A DNA stretch of 34,541 nucleotides. Source: a virus (Duplodnaviria > Caudoviricetes). Each line of letters opens with the position of its first letter. Positions within the stretch are counted from its first letter, which is position 1. Of the stretch, positions 8,667 to 15,631 are shown piece after piece. The notes below the pieces were generated by a model, which was given only the letters and a program-made list of their open reading frames with translations, was not told the origin of the DNA and did not search any database. The stretch lies in the IMG/VR virus record IMGVR_UViG_3300020044_003104, positions 1 to 34,541 of that record; one strand, given 5' to 3'. The translations under genes and the position numbers were made by a program.

Positions 8667-8708
8667 GAGCGGGTTGAGTGCCTTTCCTCTCTTGGGCACT
8701 CCCCGCTC
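8667..8708 (-). promoter_or_regulatory. Long stem-loop in the 5' leader of the HNH/replication operon
   Basis: GAGCGGG/CCCGCTC and GAGTGCC/GGCACTC pair to form a ~14-bp interrupted stem, about 35 nt upstream of the HNH start. Confidence 0.55.
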
Positions 8709-8760
8709 GCTCTTACATAACTCAAAACGCGCATTAGTAAAACATAATTTTTGCGACTGA

Positions 8761-8790
8761 TTGACCAGCAATACGCTATCAGCGTATCTT
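8761..8790 (+). promoter_or_regulatory. Candidate promoter TTGACC-18-TATCTT with a palindromic operator in the spacer
   Basis: ATACGCT-ATC-AGCGTAT perfect inverted repeat at 8771-8787. Confidence 0.5.
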
Positions 8791-8795
8791 GCGTG

Positions 8796-8847
8796 GATTG
8801 GTATCTCCTTACCGAACGAACTGGGTGGCTTCGGTCACCCTTTTTTT
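8796..8847 (+). ncRNA. Candidate small regulatory RNA with an anti-Shine-Dalgarno loop
   Basis: Upstream promoter-like element, hairpin UUGGUA-UCUCCU-UACCGA, then an intrinsic terminator. No + strand ORF in the interval. Confidence 0.55.
8823..8847 (+). terminator. Rho-independent terminator
   Basis: GGGTGGC-TTCG-GTCACCC followed by T7. Confidence 0.85.
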
Positions 8848-9190
8848 ATTTGGTCTCACGCAGCTGATGGTGCGGGAATAGCGCAATAAACACAGCGCGA
8901 CGCAGGGGCCAATCCCTAACGACGACTCCCTTAACGTCTTCCGTAATTTGGATTCCGTTTTCGATGTATTCGAAGTCAGATTTGTAACCAACGCGTCGGC
9001 CATTACCGTGCTTTAGCTGGCGACCGTTGATTACGAACCAGTATTGCGGGTGAATGATTAGGTCACTGATAGCGCCAGCCGCTTGCAGATCATGTAGCTC
9101 GTTGCACCTAATAGCCTCTCGCTTGCTGTCATGAGTATGCCCAGCCCTGCATTGAGACTTGACAGCACGGTATTTGCCGAAACGCCTCAT
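8846..9190 (-). CDS. DUF1064-like PD-(D/E)XK nuclease
   Basis: KYRAVK...HDSKREA...IHPQY...YKSDFEY...EDVKG pattern. Confidence 0.85.
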   Translation of the reverse strand: MRRFGKYRAVKSQCRAGHTHDSKREAIRCNELHDLQAAGAISDLIIHPQYWFVINGRQLKHGNGRRVGYKSDFEYIENGIQITEDVKGVVVRDWPLRRAVFIALFPHHQLRETK

Positions 9191-9393
9191 GCCTTTAGTT
9201 TTTGCTCAACCAAGCGGTCAAGCGCATCATTGGCCAGCAGCCATGCGCCAAGGGTCGGTTCGTTGCGTTTGCTTTTCCAGTTGGACAGCGTGACGCGAGT
9301 AAGGCCAGCTTCGTTTGCTATCTGATACGCCCTGATTTTATGCGCCCTGGCAAGGTCGTAAAAATCTGCAATAGCTTGGTCTACGTTTGTCAT
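9187..9393 (-). CDS. Cro-like XRE HTH regulator
   Basis: YQIANEAGLTRVTLSNWKSKRNEPTL; first gene of the leftward operon at the divergent control region. Confidence 0.85.
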   Translation of the reverse strand: MTNVDQAIADFYDLARAHKIRAYQIANEAGLTRVTLSNWKSKRNEPTLGAWLLANDALDRLVEQKLKA

Positions 9394-9484
9394 TTTAAAC
9401 TTTCTTTTGCCTGATAATAAAAAACGCTTTTAATCTTTGTTGAATTGCTTACAAGGGGTTTGGCAAATAAAAGGAGACACCAAA

Positions 9485-10045
9485 ATGCCAGTTCATAAAA
9501 AGATTAACGAAGCGCGGATTGCCTTCCACGCATTGCCGCTGAAAAAGTCCGGCCATAACACGTTTGCTGGATACAAATATTTCGAGCTTGCCGACTTTGT
9601 GATTCCAGCCCTTCGCATCTTTAACGATGTTGGGCTTTGCGCGATTATAAGCTTTTCGGAAACCACAGCATCGATGCACATCGTTGATGTCGAAGATGGT
9701 TCGCAGGTTATCATTCACAGCCCAATGGGTTCAGCCAATCTTAAAGGCTGCCACGAGATACAGAACATTGGCGCGTGTGAGACTTACTCAACCCGCTATC
9801 TTTGGACAGCAGCCCTTTGCATCGTCGAGCATGACGCACTGGATGCAACCACAGGCAAGAGCGAACCAGCGCCTCGCATTAAGTTTATCAGCGATAAGCA
9901 GTTTGCTGAATTGCAAGCATTGGTAGACAAAACCAAGACTGACATGGCTTTGCTCTGCAAGCATTACAAAATCAGCGCACTCAAGGAATTGCAGGAAACC
10001 CGCTTTGATGCGGTTAAGGCTGCATTAGAAAAGAAGCTGGCATGA
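9485..10045 (+). CDS. erf: ERF-family single-strand annealing protein
   Basis: LKKSGHNTFAGYKYFELADF...IQNIGACETYSTRYLW...D.D pattern; AAGGAG SD before ATG 9485. Confidence 0.85.
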   Translation: MPVHKKINEARIAFHALPLKKSGHNTFAGYKYFELADFVIPALRIFNDVGLCAIISFSETTASMHIVDVEDGSQVIIHSPMGSANLKGCHEIQNIGACETYSTRYLWTAALCIVEHDALDATTGKSEPAPRIKFISDKQFAELQALVDKTKTDMALLCKHYKISALKELQETRFDAVKAALEKKLA

Positions 10046-10299
10046 CACAGCATGAGATCAACGAGTTTGTTAACAAGCTACAGGACCATATCGGCTTAAA
10101 CGATTACGTCATCGTATCGGTCGGTGTCCACGGCCCTAACATCGACATGCCAGATGGTAACGTATTAGCAACTGTCCGCATGGGACATGATGAAGCAACC
10201 GCAGAAGCGAAATATCTGAACGATGCTGTGACAATGGCACGGGGCATTATTCTTCGCAAGCGTGACGCTAAAGCAAAAAAGAAGGAAAAAACAACATGA
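10042..10299 (+). CDS. Hypothetical protein (85 aa) between erf and exonuclease
   Basis: ATGA overlaps at both ends. Confidence 0.7.
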   Translation: MTQHEINEFVNKLQDHIGLNDYVIVSVGVHGPNIDMPDGNVLATVRMGHDEATAEAKYLNDAVTMARGIILRKRDAKAKKKEKTT

Positions 10300-10925
10300 C
10301 AGACGCAGCAATTATCCAACGCAGCCCAGAATGGTTTGCAGCACGTTGTGGGAGCCTTGGCGCTTCCCAACTGGCGGACGCCCTAGCCAAGACCAAATCA
10401 GGCTGGGGAGCGTCACGCGCCAACCTTCGCGCCAAGCTTGTGGTCGAAAGGCTCACAGGCCAGCAAGAGGACGGATTCTCCAGTGCAGCTATGCTCTGGG
10501 GAGTTGAGAAAGAGGATGAGGCTAGAATCGCCTACAGCTTCATGACAGGCCATGATGTGACTGAGGTGGGTCTATATAAGCATCCTACCATTATCGGCAC
10601 TCACGCCAGCCCTGACGGGCTTGTGGGCGACGATGGCTGCATAGAGATTAAATGCCCAAACTCTGCCACACACATAGAAGTGCTCAAAACTAATCAAATC
10701 GCGCACAAATATATACTCCAGATGCAATGGCAGATGGCTTGCGCCGATCGTCAATGGTGCGATTTCGTAAGCTTCGATCCACGAATGCCAGACCATCTAA
10801 TGCTTTACATTGCACGGGTGCAGCGCGACAATGATATGCTGGCGACTTTGGAATCAGAGGTTGCCGCATTTCTAGTAGAAGTCGATGAAGACGTAAAAGC
10901 GTTATCAAAACTAGGAGACCAATAA
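10296..10925 (+). CDS. YqaJ/lambda-exonuclease family protein
   Basis: QRSPEWFAARCG.LGAS, ASPDGLV, IEIKCP, QMQWQM, WCDFVSFDPR. Confidence 0.93.
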   Translation: MTDAAIIQRSPEWFAARCGSLGASQLADALAKTKSGWGASRANLRAKLVVERLTGQQEDGFSSAAMLWGVEKEDEARIAYSFMTGHDVTEVGLYKHPTIIGTHASPDGLVGDDGCIEIKCPNSATHIEVLKTNQIAHKYILQMQWQMACADRQWCDFVSFDPRMPDHLMLYIARVQRDNDMLATLESEVAAFLVEVDEDVKALSKLGDQ

Positions 10926-11146
10926 TGAATCAGAACGAAAGAGTTTTCGATCACTTGCGTAGCGTTGGGCCAATACGCCCAATGACTGCATTGAATGATC
11001 TTGGCATCTATCGCCTTGCATCGCGCATTAATGATCTGCGAAAGGCTGGGCATAATATTAAAACCAAAAAGGTCGAGGTGGTAAACCGCTGGGGCGAATC
11101 ATCTTACATCGCTGAGTATAGCCTGGAACTTGAAGATGCTGCCTAA
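10925..11146 (+). CDS. Winged-HTH DNA-binding protein
   Basis: QNERVFDHL...A.NDLGIYRLASRINDLRKAGHNI pattern. Confidence 0.75.
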   Translation: MNQNERVFDHLRSVGPIRPMTALNDLGIYRLASRINDLRKAGHNIKTKKVEVVNRWGESSYIAEYSLELEDAA

Positions 11147-11468
11147 TCGCATAGCCAAGAAGCCTAAGCGAACTGCACGGTGGCGGTCACAAGCTCATCT
11201 AAGTTTCATTCGTTCGTTTCATTGTTCTATCAATGGATGTGAGCAGATGCCTATTGAGTGCGCTCATGTCCGTTATGGCAGCGGCGCAGGGATGGGGCAA
11301 AAGCCAGATGATTGGCGAGTTGTTCCATTGTGCCGTGAACATCACAGCCAGCAGCACACAGTTGGTGAGCAGACGTTTTGGAAAGGTGTTGACATTGAGG
11401 CTTTGATTGAAGCCTTTTGCAAAGCCAGCCCAAAGGCGCGTGAGATTAAAGAGGCTCAAGACAAGTGA
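11136..11468 (+). CDS. DUF968-like putative HNH nuclease
   Basis: HLSFIRSFHC...ECAHVR...GMGQKPDD...PLCREHH.EQH-like motif. Confidence 0.8.
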   Translation: MLPNRIAKKPKRTARWRSQAHLSFIRSFHCSINGCEQMPIECAHVRYGSGAGMGQKPDDWRVVPLCREHHSQQHTVGEQTFWKGVDIEALIEAFCKASPKAREIKEAQDK

Positions 11469-11845
11469 CGCAAACTGTCTGGCTTCGTGGTGAATATCAA
11501 AGGCGATTGGCTCACCAGTTAATCGACAAGGCTCCACAAGATGCAGTCGTAAAGGTCAGTGCAGCCAAGCGCAGTGATGACCAGAACGCAAAGATGTGGG
11601 CCATGCTGTCAGACATCAGTCGAGCAGCACCAGAAGATAGGCATCACATACCAGAAGTTTGGAAGTGTATATTTATGGCAGCATTGGGGCATGAAGTGAT
11701 GTTCACAATGGGCCTAAACGATCAGCCTTTCCCAGTAGGCTTTAAAACATCGAAGCTAACCAAGGCCCAGATGTCAGATTTAATCGAGTTTGTGTATGCG
11801 TATGGGGCGCAACACAACGTAAAATGGAGTGAAGAATATGAGTGA
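11465..11845 (+). CDS. ninB: NinB/Orf family recombination protein
   Basis: [18 protein letters not shown]...WK..F...[28 protein letters not shown]. Confidence 0.9.
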   Translation: MTQTVWLRGEYQRRLAHQLIDKAPQDAVVKVSAAKRSDDQNAKMWAMLSDISRAAPEDRHHIPEVWKCIFMAALGHEVMFTMGLNDQPFPVGFKTSKLTKAQMSDLIEFVYAYGAQHNVKWSEEYE

Positions 11846-12071
11846 TAATACAGACGATATGCTGCGCTTGCTGATCGAGCGCATTGAACGCCAGGAAGAA
11901 GAAAAGAAGGTTGTGGCGGATAGCATTAAGGAAATTTACGGCGAGGCCAAATCACATGGCTATGACGTTAAAATCTTGCGTGCCGTTATACGCCTTCGTA
12001 AGATGGAAAAGCACGAACGGGCAGAATATGAAGTCCTGCTTGAAACATACATGAACGCACTAGGCGGTTAA
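11838..12071 (+). CDS. GapR/DUF2312-like nucleoid-associated DNA-binding protein
   Basis: [45 protein letters not shown]...[10 protein letters not shown]. Confidence 0.9.
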   Translation: MSDNTDDMLRLLIERIERQEEEKKVVADSIKEIYGEAKSHGYDVKILRAVIRLRKMEKHERAEYEVLLETYMNALGG

Positions 12072-12081
12072 GGAAAAGACT

Positions 12082-12459
12082 ATGCAGAATATTACTATAT
12101 CAGGGAACGTAGGCAAAGATGCTGAGTTGCGCGACACTCGTGACAGCAAGGTTTTGAGCTTCAACGTAGGCGTCAAGAACGGATTCGGAAAAGATGCTGG
12201 CAGCGTTTGGTATCGGTGCAGCTTGTGGGGCAAGGCAGCAGAAGTCTTTGCTGGCAGTCTGAAGAAGGGAACTAAGGTCTTTATCTCTGGCGAACTGACG
12301 CATGACGAATACGAAGGCAAGCCACAGTTTAACGTGCGCGTCGGTAGCATCGACACTGCGCCACGATCTGAAGCTGGTGGGAGCCAAGTAAGTAATTCAC
12401 CTAGTCAGAATCAGCATACTACGTTTGATGATGATTTGGACTCGGATGTTCCTTTTTAG
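12082..12459 (+). CDS. ssb: Single-stranded DNA-binding protein
   Basis: OB-fold GNVGKDAELR...LKKGTKVFISGEL; acidic tail DDDLDSDVPF. Confidence 0.95.
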   Translation: MQNITISGNVGKDAELRDTRDSKVLSFNVGVKNGFGKDAGSVWYRCSLWGKAAEVFAGSLKKGTKVFISGELTHDEYEGKPQFNVRVGSIDTAPRSEAGGSQVSNSPSQNQHTTFDDDLDSDVPF

Positions 12460-12469
12460 GATGATGTTC

Positions 12470-12700
12470 ATGTCAACCAAAACGCGCCCAGAATTGCCCA
12501 CCCGCTCTAAAAACATTCCGCCACCATCTGAATATCTGGAGCATCGCTATAGGCAGAGCAACCAGGCAATCGCAGACGGATCGGCAGCATTGTTAAAAGC
12601 GCAGCTAAAGGCTGGAAACCACACGCTAACGCCAGAAAGCTACAAGGCAATCGTCAGGAAGTATGACTGGCAGTTCTGCTTACATCCTACATTATTCTAA
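12470..12700 (+). CDS. Hypothetical protein
   Basis: ORF after ssb; start uncertain (12461, 12464 or 12470). Confidence 0.55.
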   Translation: MSTKTRPELPTRSKNIPPPSEYLEHRYRQSNQAIADGSAALLKAQLKAGNHTLTPESYKAIVRKYDWQFCLHPTLF

Positions 12701-12705
12701 GCCAG

Positions 12706-12741
12706 ATGGCGGGTGGCAATGCGCTTCCCGCCATTATTTTT
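12706..12741 (+). terminator. Probable intrinsic terminator of the recombination operon
   Basis: ATGGCGGG...CCCGCCAT stem followed by TATTTTT. Confidence 0.65.
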
Positions 12742-12748
12742 GTCTGTT

Positions 12749-12799
12749 ATGAAAAAAGTGCTTTACACATTAAAAGGCTCTTTTTATAAGAAGGCATCA
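12749..12799 (+). promoter_or_regulatory. Sigma70-type early promoter, copy A (TTTACA-17-TATAAG)
   Basis: -35 at 12762-12767, -10 at 12785-12790; twin of 6807-6857. Confidence 0.8.
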
Positions 12800-12835
12800 A
12801 CCAAGGGGCCATGCCCCGCCATACAAGGATGTAAA

Positions 12836-12925
12836 ATGACCAAGATAACAAAGACTCAATTCTGGCTGACCGTAATATGGTTTGCTGCAATGATAACAAT
12901 GTTTGCAACAGAGAGGACATTTTAA
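12836..12925 (+). CDS. 29-aa single-pass membrane peptide (MTKITKTQFWLTVIWFAAMITMFATERTF)
   Basis: AAGGA SD; first ORF after promoter A; basic N-terminus plus hydrophobic helix. Confidence 0.6.
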   Translation: MTKITKTQFWLTVIWFAAMITMFATERTF

Positions 12926-12926
12926 G

Positions 12927-13115
12927 ATGACATTGATAGAACTTAGAGGCGTGGTCGCGGATCATGTCGAGATGACACATGGCAACGTAGAATTTATCCG
13001 CCAGCTTAGAGATGGCGATCAAGACGATGGCCCATTTATGATAGGCGCTTTAGCAGTCTGGGCCAAGTTCATGGAAGGCTTGCAACCAGCGCCGGAGGTA
13101 TTGTCAGATGATTAA
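12927..13115 (+). CDS. Hypothetical protein (62 aa)
   Basis: ATG 1 nt after the upstream stop; part of the ORF-track entry 12903..13115. Confidence 0.65.
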   Translation: MTLIELRGVVADHVEMTHGNVEFIRQLRDGDQDDGPFMIGALAVWAKFMEGLQPAPEVLSDD

Positions 13116-13245
13116 GCCAGCACAAGCAGCCCCACTGGGTAGGACATATCGTGTTTCATCAGATTCCGCATTTCCGTTGCGCAACTCAGAGGGTTTGACA
13201 TTTGCAGAAGCCAAGCGCCGCAGGGAGCAGGAGAAAAGCAAATGA
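13108..13245 (+). CDS. 45-aa hypothetical protein (MIKPAQAAPLGRTYRVSS...)
   Basis: Read by hand; GGAGG SD. Confidence 0.6.
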   Translation: MIKPAQAAPLGRTYRVSSDSAFPLRNSEGLTFAEAKRRREQEKSK

Positions 13246-13325
13246 AGCGTTACATAATCAGCAAGGGAAAGCCGTTTAAGCGCCGCACTGTGGAGGGCGT
13301 TACGTTTATAACTAGATTAGTCTAA
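13242..13325 (+). CDS. 27-aa basic peptide (MKRYIISKGKPFKRRTVEGVTFITRLV)
   Basis: ATGA overlap and AGGAG SD; stop overlaps the convergent gene's stop. Confidence 0.4.
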   Translation: MKRYIISKGKPFKRRTVEGVTFITRLV

Positions 13326-14500
13326 TCTGCCTCAAGCATTTCGGTAGTAATCATCACCCTGCCGACAGCGCCATATTTTTTATGATATGTAATAGCCCAT
13401 GCCGCCCTGTCCGCTATCCAGCCACCACGGGCGGCATAAGCGTCCCTAGCGGCAAGAGTTGGATGTTGCACCACCGTGACGCCATTGTATTCCTTTTCGT
13501 CCCTGTGGTGGCGATGTCCGCAATGTATTTCGCGGCGGGTAGTGCGGCCCCATTGTTGCGGGAATTGCGCTGCAAACAGTAGCGGTAGGCTCTCATTTTT
13601 AACCTTGTGGCCGTGATGGATGCCAAGCATAGTGGCTCCCCATTCAAAAACATAAAATGGCAAGACGCTATCGTTGACAGTGACGCGAGGTTCTTCCTCA
13701 TAATGCACCGAAAACAGGTCAGCTAACCAGCCGCTTGCTTCTTCGTCGTGATTGCCTTCAGCTATAACCAAATGCACTTCTTGATGGCGCAGCAAAGACA
13801 TTACGACCAGCGATCGAATGACGCGGATTGCAGACTTGCGTATCTTAGGGAAACGGCTGTCAGCATCGAGAACGTGCTTTGAAGCTGGCGTTACTGGTGT
13901 CTTGCCATCCGTATGTAGAAAGTCGCCCTGGATGTTAATAACTGCCGTGTGAGCCTTTGGGCTTTGTTCTATCATTTGTTGCAGTGCAGCGATGATGGTG
14001 CGCTCTGCGATAGATATGTTCCAATCGCTTCCGCCCTCTTGATGCCATGCCAGCATTCCAAGATGGTAATCAGTGAACGTATAAAGGTTGCACAGATGCT
14101 CCTCAGAAGCCACTGGAGCAGCAATTGATACCACAGGCGGTATCTCGTCCTTAAAGCCCTCAACTGCCTCTCTCATGGCGTCCACAAGAGCCTCATGGCT
14201 TAGTGATGCCTTTACCCATTGCCCCGCTGGTTTGCCTTCAGCGTTGTAATAGGTACTGACGCCCTTGGCTACATAGCCATCAGGAACAGGTCGAGTGAAG
14301 TCATGATCAGGCGAATAGCCGAACTTTGCAGCCTTGCGCTTTACCGCAAGATAAGTCTCGCTTGCGCCGCCAATGTTCATGCCCAATTCGGTAGCCGCTG
14401 CTCTAGCACTGCCAAGGCGCTCTATGGCCTCAAGAATTTGCTTTTGACGAGGCGTGCAATACCTGTACAGATTTTCGTCTATCGTTATGGTCGATGGCAT
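13322..14500 (-). CDS. HTH + calcineurin-like metallophosphoesterase
   Basis: DYH, GDFLH, GNHD, HHGH and GHRH motifs; N-terminal HTH 'RQKQILEAIERLGSARAAATELGM'. Confidence 0.85.
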   Translation of the reverse strand: MPSTITIDENLYRYCTPRQKQILEAIERLGSARAAATELGMNIGGASETYLAVKRKAAKFGYSPDHDFTRPVPDGYVAKGVSTYYNAEGKPAGQWVKASLSHEALVDAMREAVEGFKDEIPPVVSIAAPVASEEHLCNLYTFTDYHLGMLAWHQEGGSDWNISIAERTIIAALQQMIEQSPKAHTAVINIQGDFLHTDGKTPVTPASKHVLDADSRFPKIRKSAIRVIRSLVVMSLLRHQEVHLVIAEGNHDEEASGWLADLFSVHYEEEPRVTVNDSVLPFYVFEWGATMLGIHHGHKVKNESLPLLFAAQFPQQWGRTTRREIHCGHRHHRDEKEYNGVTVVQHPTLAARDAYAARGGWIADRAAWAITYHKKYGAVGRVMITTEMLEAD

Positions 14501-14734
14501 TTACTTGCCTTTCGGGCAATCCGCTTCGCAGATACAAATAAAGGCGCTGTTATGCGCCTCTATTTCTGTGACAGTTTCTGATGAATCTTTTGTTGCATCG
14601 TAACTGATGGGTTTCGCAATAGCACAATAGCTATTTACGGGAACGGTCGAAACGGTCGCGCAGCCGTTCAGTGCGCTCAGGATCAGGAATGGCAATGGCA
14701 GCTTCGCCAAGTGCGATTTGCTCATTGATGGCAT
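14501..14734 (-). CDS. o-spanin (Rz1-like lipoprotein)
   Basis: Signal peptide plus lipobox LNGC; overlaps the i-spanin in another frame; start reassigned to ATG 14734 (AAGGA SD). Confidence 0.75.
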   Translation of the reverse strand: MPSMSKSHLAKLPLPFLILSALNGCATVSTVPVNSYCAIAKPISYDATKDSSETVTEIEAHNSAFICICEADCPKGK

Positions 14735-14843
14735 CGTTTGTTTCCTTGATAGTTTCCTGACGCCCTTGCCGCTTCCAACGATGTTCCGACCAAGCTCCCA
14801 ACAGCTTGTCCAAAACACCCAGCAAGAGCGTCAGAAACTTCAT
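14631..14843 (-). CDS. i-spanin (Rz-like)
   Basis: N-terminal hydrophobic segment then a charged helix; lies between holin and lipoprotein. Confidence 0.65.
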   Translation of the reverse strand: MKFLTLLLGVLDKLLGAWSEHRWKRQGRQETIKETNDAINEQIALGEAAIAIPDPERTERLRDRFDRSRK

Positions 14844-15025
14844 TACTCTGCGGACTCAGCTACAGGTTGCTTGCTGATAACAGACCATACAGCAACGCCA
14901 ATGGTTGCTATTGCGCCGGCCAATGCTTCAGCCGTTGCACCATCGATAAGACCTTTTCCTGCCAGATAGCCAAAGCCAGCCGCAGCAAGTGTACGAACGA
15001 TTCCAAATATTTGATCCTTATTCAT
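14843..15025 (-). CDS. Putative holin (2 TM, 60 aa)
   Basis: MNKDQIFGIVRTLAAAGFGYL...AIATIGVAVWSVISK; AAGGAG SD; follows the endolysin. Confidence 0.75.
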   Translation of the reverse strand: MNKDQIFGIVRTLAAAGFGYLAGKGLIDGATAEALAGAIATIGVAVWSVISKQPVAESAE

Positions 15026-15026
15026 A

Positions 15027-15419
15027 TTACTTCTCCTTTGGATAAAACTTCCAAGGCAGTTCCCAATGTGGGCCATCCTTGAACGCACGCCAATCACCGC
15101 CCCATTGAAGCGGGACTTTCTCGTCAGCCGAAGCAGACTTAACTATTTTAGCTAAACGATGGTAAAGAGGCCAATCCCAGGACACCTTACTATTAATCAA
15201 CGGAGCCAGATCGACAGCGTGCCCAGTCAGGTGGCGCGAGTTCAACGTCTTTGATGCACCCTCTGCACGCAGCTTTCTTTGCCGTTCCAGAGTTCGTAAT
15301 CCTTCCAGCACAGTGAAATCTAAATCAGATATTGCCGCAGCTCTTTTGACAACGCGCACAAGATCAGGGTGGACACCCTCAAGCCGTGATAAACTGCGTT
15401 GACCTAGAACAATGCTCAT
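15027..15419 (-). CDS. Endolysin, peptidase M15 (L-Ala-D-Glu peptidase-like)
   Basis: LEGVHPDL, EGLRT.ERQ, SRHLTGHAVD, WGGDW, DGPHWEL; start ATG 15419. Confidence 0.92.
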   Translation of the reverse strand: MSIVLGQRSLSRLEGVHPDLVRVVKRAAAISDLDFTVLEGLRTLERQRKLRAEGASKTLNSRHLTGHAVDLAPLINSKVSWDWPLYHRLAKIVKSASADEKVPLQWGGDWRAFKDGPHWELPWKFYPKEK

Positions 15420-15598
15420 TAAACACCTGTTTTTAGCACACTTAGTAATATGCCAATTAGCAGCATTATAATCGTTCCACAAGCAGTGATGCCAAGGCTC
15501 TCGATCCGCTTCATTCTGGCGCAAATACTTTCATATCTAAACGCGCAGACTTGCTCGTGTGTGTTGAGCTGGGCCTGTGTTTGATCAATAGTGTTCAT
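15419..15598 (-). CDS. 59-aa protein with C-terminal TM helix (XhlA-like/holin-associated)
   Basis: Read by hand: MNTIDQTQAQLNTHEQVCAFRYESICARMKRIE...GTIIMLLIGILLSVL; TAATG coupling to the endolysin. Confidence 0.75.
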   Translation of the reverse strand: MNTIDQTQAQLNTHEQVCAFRYESICARMKRIESLGITACGTIIMLLIGILLSVLKTGV

Positions 15599-15631
15599 TT
15601 TGCATCACTCATTTAATGTAATATGGTAATA

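Noticed and set aside
8798-8812. Minus-strand AAGGAG as the RBS of a hidden gene
   Set aside because: No ATG/GTG/TTG at a usable distance downstream, which favours the plus-strand anti-SD reading.
8640-8850. tRNA gene in the structured intergenic region
   Set aside because: The hairpins do not form a cloverleaf; no T-loop or CCA pattern found.
13314-13328. Palindrome AGATTAG-T-CTAATCT at the early/late convergence as an att site or terminator
   Set aside because: No integrase, a 1-nt loop and no U-tract. It could be chance.
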